From assembly GCA_048941285.1 (NCBI GenBank), contig JBHLNS010000050.1:1-22300 (forward strand): a stretch of 22,300 nucleotides of DNA, in the 5' to 3' direction. How positions within the stretch are numbered: the first letter of the stretch is position 1; each line of letters begins with the position of its first letter. The notes under the pieces were generated by a model, which saw only the letters and a list, made by a program, of their open reading frames with translations, was not told where the DNA came from and did no database searches. The translations under genes were made by a program, and so were the position numbers. This DNA is from Promethearchaeota archaeon. Lineage in GTDB: Archaea; Asgardarchaeota; Lokiarchaeia; Sigyniarchaeales; SOKP01. Below, one piece after another: positions 8,853 to 16,135 of the stretch.

Positions 8853-9038
8853 ATGCCACCAGAGTTTAAAGTAGTAATTGAAGAATACAATAAGGATATT
8901 CATAAAAAAAGAGCTCTCTCGAGCACATTTGAAGAAAAAGTAAACGACGCACTGAGGGCTGGATATAAAATAGTTAATTCCCAACTTATTATATCCGGAA
9001 TGTCTCGATCTTTCATTGCTTATTTAGTACGCGAGTGA
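8853..9038 (+). CDS. Small DUF1737/DUF4177-like protein (61 aa)
   Basis: EFKVV...FEEKVNDALRAGYKIV...FIAYLVRE gives a beta-alpha-beta-beta pattern. An AT-rich TATA-like sequence lies about 25 nt upstream and a T10 run follows. Confidence 0.7.
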   Translation: MPPEFKVVIEEYNKDIHKKRALSSTFEEKVNDALRAGYKIVNSQLIISGMSRSFIAYLVRE

Positions 9039-9055
9039 TAATTAAAATTCTCTAA

Positions 9056-9065
9056 TTTTTTTTTT
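9056..9065 (+). terminator. Poly-T terminator candidate
   Basis: Run of 10 T shortly after the stop at 9038, in a convergent intergenic region. Confidence 0.45.
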
Positions 9066-9127
9066 CTATTTTTAAAGATGAGCGTAAGAGATATTCTAAA
9101 TAAAAAAATACAGAATCTATTTTGGCT

Positions 9128-9823
9128 CTAATAAACCTTATTTCCACATACATGACATATATTTTCACCTTCAGGAAGGTCTGCCCCGCAATGTTTACAA
9201 TAAAATTCATTTCCCGCTTTTTCTTCTGTCTCTCCTAAATATCTAGATATTTCTTTTGAAATTGTTTGAATTCCGATGAAAATCATACCAAGAGAGGCTC
9301 CACTTTTTACCAATGTACAAAATATCACATTTTCTCCGATCTTTGACAAAATAATAAGGCCATCAACACCTTCTATTAGAATGCGTTTTAATTTACCTCG
9401 TTTCAGTTCTACAACAGCACGTTCAGAGACGCTTATGATTGCTGCACTCATTGCAGAGACAATTGTTTCATCTACGTCTCTCGGGAGAATTGATCTTATC
9501 GCAAATCCTTGGAGATTGAATATTGCCGCTCCTTGAATATCTGGATTACTTCCAAAGAAATTTTCGATAAAAGTTTCTAGGGGCAATTTAATAAATTTTA
9601 CCAAATTTCCATACTGTTTAATAAAGAAGCCCCGTAAATTGAAAAATTGGATTAAAAAGGACTTTAAAATTGGTAAACCATCATCATTAGAGATTTTTAA
9701 AAGATCAGCACTGATAATTTCCGTAAGATATTCTCTTTTGAATGCTAGTTCATTGATGGATCTTTCCCGCATTATTGATTCTATTTTCCTTAAAGCCCTT
9801 TCCAATGGTTCAACATTTTGCAT
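9128..9823 (-). CDS. Roadblock/LC7 (MglB-like) protein with N-terminal helical extension and C-terminal zinc ribbon
   Basis: Roadblock segment NPDIQGAAIFNLQGFAIRSILP...VSAMSAAIISVSERAVVELKRGKLKRILIEGVDG...SLGMIF. The C-terminus is CKHCG-x9-CHVCG. Confidence 0.9.
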   Translation of the reverse strand: MQNVEPLERALRKIESIMRERSINELAFKREYLTEIISADLLKISNDDGLPILKSFLIQFFNLRGFFIKQYGNLVKFIKLPLETFIENFFGSNPDIQGAAIFNLQGFAIRSILPRDVDETIVSAMSAAIISVSERAVVELKRGKLKRILIEGVDGLIILSKIGENVIFCTLVKSGASLGMIFIGIQTISKEISRYLGETEEKAGNEFYCKHCGADLPEGENICHVCGNKVY

Positions 9824-10278
9824 TAATAAAAAATAAAGAATTTAAGTTAAAAAAATGGGATCATTTTTCATTTCTAATTTGGTAATAAAAAAAAATTTCA
9901 TCATGAATTCTTAATCCCATTATATAGAGATCTTAAAATAGAATACTCTGAATACACACCCTAAAAACTTCTTCAATTTTTCACTGTTTTGAGTAATAAT
10001 TTTTTAAAGTTGGCCAAATCTAATGACAGAGTTAAAGAATTTATTTCAGATTTAACCTATTATTTTAAATTAATTTAATAGTATCTCTTTTGAGCCTAAT
10101 TTTTTCTAAAATTTGAATAAAACACTGAATAATTCACCCTTTTTTTACAAAAATTACTGACAATTTAGAGATTTCACTACCATCCTTTAAAAATATCTTT
10201 TATATATTAGATTCACGTATTATTTTTAATTAATTTATGAATCACTATTTTATGTAATAAAAAAAGAGTTAAACGAAA

Positions 10279-11319
10279 ATGAATGAAACGCATCTAGTAA
10301 TAAATAATATTAAAGAGGAGTTTCAAAAACCAAAACCAAGTACTAAAAAAATTTTAAATATATTATTCGATTTACAAGCTAAAGGCAAATCTCAGAAAAT
10401 TTCTGATTCTGAATTTTTCGAAATTGTCGGAGAAACTTTCAAATTGAATCCTGATTTTTTTATGAAAGAACTTTATACAACATTCATGGTTAAATTAGGG
10501 AAAATCATTGGAGCAGAAAAACGACGTGAGATGGTAAAATATATTATTACAAAATATTGTTTATTTGAGGATGAGGAAATAATATATGAATGTAAAGGGA
10601 ATGTAAAGCAAACTGAACTATTAGAACAAAAATCATCAGGGAAGTACAAAATGGATAAATTCCCACTTACAATTTCCGTAAGTGATGGGGATATTTATCT
10701 TACGAATTACAGACTAATTGCTCAAGGTTTTCTTAAAGTAAAAGGTGGTGAAAGCACCAAATGGTTTATATGGACGGATTCACTATGGATATTTACGGGA
10801 GGATCCAAGCGAAAAGAAAGAAAGAATGCTCTTATTGAATCAACACCACTTTTTGGATATCAATTTCCAAGCAAATATTATATTGGATTGGGTAAGAGCA
10901 AGCTTTTACACATAATACTTTATGTTCTAAATCTCGAGAATCGAAAATGTACTATCGCAATTAAACCCACAAATACCGCAAAAAGAGAAGACGATTTAAT
11001 TGCTATTTTTAACATTTTACGTCGAGATGTAAATGAAGTCATAATGAGTATTAAAGAAGTTTATGAATTTGAAAAATTAGAAAAATTCAAGCGAAGGAAT
11101 ATTTGGGCTATTTTGAAAGCATTATGGAAAAGTGAAGAATTCTTGGGTCTTCCTGATTCAGATTATTTACATATTGTTAAAGAGACTTATAAAATAGATC
11201 CTGAGTTTTTCATGACTTCAATTTACCCAAAAATGATGTCTTGGAACAACCAATCGTTTCTAAGCATAAAAGAGGAATTATTTGCTCAGTTACGCAAAGA
11301 AGGAGCTAATTTTAACTAA
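10279..11319 (+). CDS. Hypothetical protein with a central GRAM/PH-like domain flanked by two copies of a helical module
   Basis: EDEEIIYECKG...GDIYLTNYRLIAQG is a PH/GRAM-like signature. N-terminal SDSEFFEIVGETFKLNPDFFMKELY resembles C-terminal PDSDYLHIVKETYKIDPEFFMTSIY. Confidence 0.65.
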   Translation: MNETHLVINNIKEEFQKPKPSTKKILNILFDLQAKGKSQKISDSEFFEIVGETFKLNPDFFMKELYTTFMVKLGKIIGAEKRREMVKYIITKYCLFEDEEIIYECKGNVKQTELLEQKSSGKYKMDKFPLTISVSDGDIYLTNYRLIAQGFLKVKGGESTKWFIWTDSLWIFTGGSKRKERKNALIESTPLFGYQFPSKYYIGLGKSKLLHIILYVLNLENRKCTIAIKPTNTAKREDDLIAIFNILRRDVNEVIMSIKEVYEFEKLEKFKRRNIWAILKALWKSEEFLGLPDSDYLHIVKETYKIDPEFFMTSIYPKMMSWNNQSFLSIKEELFAQLRKEGANFN

Positions 11320-11355
11320 TCAGCTTTACGTTAAAATTATTACAATTAATAGTAG

Positions 11356-11369
11356 AAAAAAAAAAAAAA
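11356..11369 (-). terminator. Poly-T terminator candidate (A14 on the + strand)
   Basis: Run of 14 A immediately downstream of the minus-strand response-regulator stop. Confidence 0.5.
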
Positions 11370-11372
11370 TTA

Positions 11373-12179
11373 TTAATATTTTTTTAAATATTTAAACAGG
11401 ATATGCAAATCTGCTAATTTCTCAATAGGTTTAATTATAATATCATCTGCTCCGGTATTTGTTAAAATTTCCTGCTTTTTATTTTTAGAAACAACGGCAG
11501 ATATTAAAATTATTGGAACCGATTTATACTCGCCGTTGGATCTTAATATCTGGCAAAACTCATCTCCATTGATTTTACTAGTTTTCAAGTTTATGTCTAC
11601 TAATATAACTTTAGGTGTCATTGTGTTTAATAAATATAAAGCCTCATCTGATGTTTCTACAGATTTAATATTTACTCCCTGAGTTTTGAAAAAGTTGTCC
11701 ACCGTTTTTCTTTCTAATTCATTGTCTTCTACATATAAAATATCAATTTTTTTTACAAACCGGATTAATTTTGGTTCCTCAAAACGTTGCTTTACTGAAT
11801 TTTCTAGTTCTTCAAGAGATTTCTGAATAGTACTAATTACTCCTGACAACAACTCAGGCTCTTTAAGATGATTTTCCAACATTAAAATTGAAAGCTTGAG
11901 AGGAGATAACTTTTGTTTTAATTCTTCATGAAAATCATTTCCTGCTTCATATGTTTCAATAGCTTTTTTGATATAATCACCGAAGTATTTCTCATCATAC
12001 TTCTTTGGACCAGTTAAATGTTTCTTCTGAAAAACGGCTTTAATATAATCAATATTGTTATCTACGAATGCTCTTATGATCTTAGCTTGGTTTTTAATTT
12101 TAAATTCTTCCATAAATTCTTTTAATTTAGCGTCGAGAGATGGATCCACGTATGAATACCATTTTATATTCTTCCTCAC
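11373..12179 (-). CDS. Response regulator: C-terminal receiver domain, N-terminal RHH-like and DHp-like segments
   Basis: Receiver motifs ILYVEDNE, VILVDINL (phospho-Asp), NGDEFC, PIILISA and IIKP. GTG start. Confidence 0.88.
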   Translation of the reverse strand: MRKNIKWYSYVDPSLDAKLKEFMEEFKIKNQAKIIRAFVDNNIDYIKAVFQKKHLTGPKKYDEKYFGDYIKKAIETYEAGNDFHEELKQKLSPLKLSILMLENHLKEPELLSGVISTIQKSLEELENSVKQRFEEPKLIRFVKKIDILYVEDNELERKTVDNFFKTQGVNIKSVETSDEALYLLNTMTPKVILVDINLKTSKINGDEFCQILRSNGEYKSVPIILISAVVSKNKKQEILTNTGADDIIIKPIEKLADLHILFKYLKKY

Positions 12180-12242
12180 TTTTTTTTGACCTTTATTATC
12201 AGTTTGGTTAATTATAATTCACTTTTTTTTGTTAATATTAAT

Positions 12243-13067
12243 TTAAATTAATTTTTGTTGGTAAATTGGGTAATACAATTCCTCTTGCATCGCTTTCGGA
12301 ATCAAAATTACGAAATTGCTGCCCTGGGAAGAGTCACCATTTATTCTATCTTCGATCCACATCCTACCTTCGCATAAATTAATTAACTTAGCAGCAAGAG
12401 AGAGCCCAAGCCCCATACCTTTAGAATTATTACTTTTTTCGTGCCTTTCTTGAAGAATTTCTTCTTTTTTCTCATCGTCTATTCCTATCCCATTATCTTT
12501 GAACTCTAATTTGATAATATTTCTACCAAATTCATTCATTTCCGATATTAAAAGTTCAATGTGGACTGTTTCGTTTCTGTTATATATAATTGAATTCATC
12601 AGAATATTCTCAAATACATCAAGTAATAAATCGTTAGCAATTACTATGATTGCTTTAGCTTCAGTGAGAACCTCAATGACAACTTTCCTTTTTGGAAAAT
12701 TTACCTGAATAAATTCGATAGCATTTCTTATCGTCTCAAAGAGATCTATCGGCTCTAAAGGCATTTCATCTTCTTCTAGTTCTGAAAGAGATTTGATATT
12801 TCTTACTAATTTCTTTCCTCGATTTATTTGCTCTGCAATAAGTCTGAAATATTCCAAAATTTCTTCTTTTTTAATTCCATCTTTTAATAGTATTTCAATT
12901 AGTTCTAAGGAATTGCTAATTGTATGAAATAGATTTGAAATATCATGAGTAAATATCCCCTTAAAGCACTTAGCTCTAATATAGGCTTTCTGATACATAT
13001 TATCAATTTCTAGTTCCTGCATGATATTTTCCATTTTTTTTTTGATTAGGTTTAATTTAAGTAACAT
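12243..13067 (-). CDS. Histidine kinase (HisKA + HATPase_c) with no sensor domain; true start may be ATG at 13034 or 13022
   Basis: H-box FTHDISN, N-box ENILMNSIIYN, G1 DNGIGI, G2 GMGLGL and G3 GSNF. Confidence 0.92.
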   Translation of the reverse strand: MLLKLNLIKKKMENIMQELEIDNMYQKAYIRAKCFKGIFTHDISNLFHTISNSLELIEILLKDGIKKEEILEYFRLIAEQINRGKKLVRNIKSLSELEEDEMPLEPIDLFETIRNAIEFIQVNFPKRKVVIEVLTEAKAIIVIANDLLLDVFENILMNSIIYNRNETVHIELLISEMNEFGRNIIKLEFKDNGIGIDDEKKEEILQERHEKSNNSKGMGLGLSLAAKLINLCEGRMWIEDRINGDSSQGSNFVILIPKAMQEELYYPIYQQKLI

Positions 13068-13096
13068 TTAGATTCGATTTATAGTTTATACTGCAT

Positions 13097-13112
13097 AACT
13101 TACAGGTAAGTT
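13097..13112. promoter_or_regulatory. Palindrome AACTTAC-AG-GTAAGTT upstream of the kinase/regulator pair
   Basis: Perfect 7-bp arms with a 2-nt spacer, 30 nt upstream of the first possible kinase start. Confidence 0.35.
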
Positions 13113-13436
13113 CGAACCTAATGCGAAGTAGTAAACTAACCTAGAACCCCATCAAATAGCACATAAACTTAATTTATTCGTTTCTAATTAATTTTCATTA
13201 AACTAGAGACGTGGTATTAATCCTATGAATTAAATATGCAGAAAAAAGCAAAATTTTTTTAAAAAACTTCATTTAAATAATTAATAGTTTTAAAATTAAG
13301 GGGTTTAAACAAATTTTGTCAAATAAAAGTTTACCTTCAGGAAATGTAGATGAACTCAAGGAAATCCGATATTCATCAAATAAGATTTCAATGGAAAATA
13401 GAAAGCTCAAATAAATAAGAAACCTCTATCAAGAAA

Positions 13437-14675
13437 TTAAATTCTTAAAGCACGAAATAATGTTGGAATCAAATGCAAACTATTTGAAATTCCCAATTTT
13501 TTGATAAGTTTCCCTTTGTGGGATAGCATTGCCTTCCAAATCTTTTTTCTTGTCTGGCTTCTTGTAAATAATGCTATCATAGCTTGCATCATCTTAGGAT
13601 CTTCTTGTGCCATCGAATAGGCGGCATCAATAATTTTTTCTAAGAGTCCGCTGTGATATAAAATTGTATGAATTCGATATGAATATCTCAATTCTTCATT
13701 AAAAAGATGTTTTAGAATTAGAACGTGATATCGAGCTAGACTTGTTTCCCCAAAATCGTCCTCATCATGAGCTTTACAAAATGTATCAACAGCAAGCTTA
13801 CCAGATAATCGGGCTTGATAGATCCCTTCATATAAAATAGGATCCGCTGTTCCACAAGCATCACCGATAATCATGACGCGATTATGATAAGGCTTCTTAA
13901 TTAGCCGATCGGGAATAGGTGCAGCCCATATTTTACGACCTCCAAATATTTTCATTGCCCTTCCTTCAAGTTTATTCTTTATTAACGGATTACTGAGGAA
14001 TGATTCAAAATTCCTTATCTTTATATTTTTTCCTAATATACCAATACTTACTGCCTCACGCTTTGGAAATGCCCAAGCGATACCATGTTCGCTTATAGTA
14101 CGATCAAAGAATTCCCAAACTCGGTTTCCGAATTGTTCTGTAATAACAGACTCAGGAATCTCAAATTCGGCTTGAATTCCATTTATCATGGGTGGTACTT
14201 CCAGGCCAAGATTCCTTTGAAGATAAACACCCCCAAGACCAGGTGCTAAAATTACACATTTACTTAGATAATCTTTTGTACCAATTATTAATATCCTTTC
14301 CTTATGGATCTCTACTTTTTTAGCTCGAAAACCATATTTAACAGTAACCCCGGTGTCATGGGCAATATTTAAGAGATATTTATCGAAATCCGTCCGAAAC
14401 ATACAGTAACCTTTATCTTTTTCTGATGTTGTATCGAATTCCATTGGTCCACTTTGAGGTGTGACAACAACTCCTCCAGTAATTTTACGTTCACCAACTC
14501 CTTGGGGGATCGGAGAGAATTCCTCATTAGTTACTGGAATTCCACCAGCACAACATTTATAACGCCCTTCTTGGGCAGCTTCAAGTAATAATACATTAAA
14601 TCCTTTTTCTGCAGCAACTTTAGCCGCAGTAGCTCCACCTGGACCGCCTCCAACAATTATCAAATCATAGACCAT
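13437..14675 (-). CDS. Geranylgeranyl reductase family FAD-dependent oxidoreductase
   Basis: Rossmann motif YDLIIVGGGPGG, plus RYKCCAGGI, RTDFDKYL, WAFPK, IIGDACG and EGIYQARLSG. Confidence 0.88.
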   Translation of the reverse strand: MVYDLIIVGGGPGGATAAKVAAEKGFNVLLLEAAQEGRYKCCAGGIPVTNEEFSPIPQGVGERKITGGVVVTPQSGPMEFDTTSEKDKGYCMFRTDFDKYLLNIAHDTGVTVKYGFRAKKVEIHKERILIIGTKDYLSKCVILAPGLGGVYLQRNLGLEVPPMINGIQAEFEIPESVITEQFGNRVWEFFDRTISEHGIAWAFPKREAVSIGILGKNIKIRNFESFLSNPLIKNKLEGRAMKIFGGRKIWAAPIPDRLIKKPYHNRVMIIGDACGTADPILYEGIYQARLSGKLAVDTFCKAHDEDDFGETSLARYHVLILKHLFNEELRYSYRIHTILYHSGLLEKIIDAAYSMAQEDPKMMQAMIALFTRSQTRKKIWKAMLSHKGKLIKKLGISNSLHLIPTLFRALRI

Positions 14676-14806
14676 AAATCCACATCTTATAAATGTTCAA
14701 TGAAAAAATATGATTATATTAATATTAAGAATATAGAAATCATAAAATGAGAAGAAATCGGTCATTTTTACTAATTCCTTTATAATTAAAACTACATTAA
14801 ATAACC

Positions 14807-14814
14807 TTTATAAA
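14807..14814 (+). promoter_or_regulatory. TATA box, probably for a leaderless aminopeptidase transcript
   Basis: TTTATAAA ends about 25 nt before the ATG at 14839, and there is no SD motif. Confidence 0.5.
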
Positions 14815-14838
14815 AAGTAGAAATGTGATTTATATATA

Positions 14839-16104
14839 ATGTTGTCTGATTTCGAGCAAAAATTAGAAAAATATGCTGAAGTGATATTAAAAGTTGGGGT
14901 TAATCTCCAACCTGGGCAGCGACTTTTGATTGGAGGTCCCACTGTTGGAGCTGATGGAGTTCCTCTTGAAGCAGCTCCATTAGTAAGAATTATTGCTAAA
15001 AAAGCATACCAAATGGGAGCACGTTTAGTTGATGTTGTATGGGGAGACGAACAATTAAGATTACTACGATTTCAGAATGCTTCTAAAGATTCAATAAAAG
15101 AATATCCAAAATGGAGAATTCAAGCTAGATATGATATTTCTAAAGCGGGGGACGCTCATGTTATTGTTTTTAGCCCTAATCCTGAGTTACTAAAAGGAGT
15201 AGAACCTGATTTAATATCCAAGTTCCAAACATCATTTTATGAGCAACTTAATCCAGTAAGTGAACTACTTTCGGCTAATGCATTTAATTGGTTAGTTGTC
15301 TCAGTTCCAAATAGTAATTTAGCAGATAAGCTATTTCCTAATTTTCCTAAAAATGATCGAATAAATAAATTTTGGGATATTATTTTTGAGATTTGCCGCA
15401 TAAATCGAGAAGATCCGATTACCGCTTGGCAAACGCACAATAAAAATCTTTCTAAACGTTGTAAATACCTTAATGAAAAGCAGTATGTAGCATTAAAATT
15501 GACAGCTCCTGGCACAGATTTAATGATAGGTTTACCTAATGGCCACATTTGGGAAGGCGGAAGTGTCATCGCGCAAAATGGTATAGAATTTACTGCAAAT
15601 ATTCCTACTGAGGAAGTCTTTACTATGCCACATAAGGACAAAGTTGAAGGATTTGTAAGCACCAGTAAACCTGTGTTTTATGGAGGAGTTCTTATTGAAA
15701 ATTGTCGCTTAACATTCTCAAAAGGCCAAATAATTGAAGCTAGTGCTGAAATCGGCGAAGGCTTCTTGCTTAAAACACTTGAAACAGATGAAGGAGCCCG
15801 TAAGTTAGGCGAAGTTGCATTAGTACCTCATAGTTCGCCTATCTCTCAATCAGGATTGATTTTTTACAATATGTTAATTGATGAAAACGCTTCAAATCAT
15901 ATTGCTTTAGGTCGAGCATACAGAGAGTCACTGAAAGGAGGAGATACCTTAACTGATGAGGAATTCTTAGCTGCTGGGGGAAATAATAGCCTTATCCACC
16001 TTGATTTTATGATTGGAACGGGAGATATGAATGTAGATGGGATTTTGGAAGATAAAACTGTAGAATCAATTATGAAAAATGGAGAATGGGCTTTTGATGT
16101 ATAA
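14839..16104 (+). CDS. Aminopeptidase, peptidase family M29 (AmpS/PepS/aminopeptidase T type)
   Basis: M29 motifs LEKYAEVILKVGVNLQPGQ, NIPTEEVFT, LGEVALV, DENASNHIALG and HLDFMIG. Confidence 0.95.
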   Translation: MLSDFEQKLEKYAEVILKVGVNLQPGQRLLIGGPTVGADGVPLEAAPLVRIIAKKAYQMGARLVDVVWGDEQLRLLRFQNASKDSIKEYPKWRIQARYDISKAGDAHVIVFSPNPELLKGVEPDLISKFQTSFYEQLNPVSELLSANAFNWLVVSVPNSNLADKLFPNFPKNDRINKFWDIIFEICRINREDPITAWQTHNKNLSKRCKYLNEKQYVALKLTAPGTDLMIGLPNGHIWEGGSVIAQNGIEFTANIPTEEVFTMPHKDKVEGFVSTSKPVFYGGVLIENCRLTFSKGQIIEASAEIGEGFLLKTLETDEGARKLGEVALVPHSSPISQSGLIFYNMLIDENASNHIALGRAYRESLKGGDTLTDEEFLAAGGNNSLIHLDFMIGTGDMNVDGILEDKTVESIMKNGEWAFDV

Positions 16105-16135
16105 TTAGTAGATATCTAATTAAAGTGTTAGAAAT

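Noticed and set aside
9276-9836. + strand ORFs 9276-9536 and 9639-9836
   Set aside because: Shadows of the roadblock gene.
9840-10270. Long intergenic region as a possible pseudogene or ncRNA
   Set aside because: The frames I read contained only short stop-interrupted stretches with no recognisable motif or stable structure; it is consistent with a divergent promoter region.
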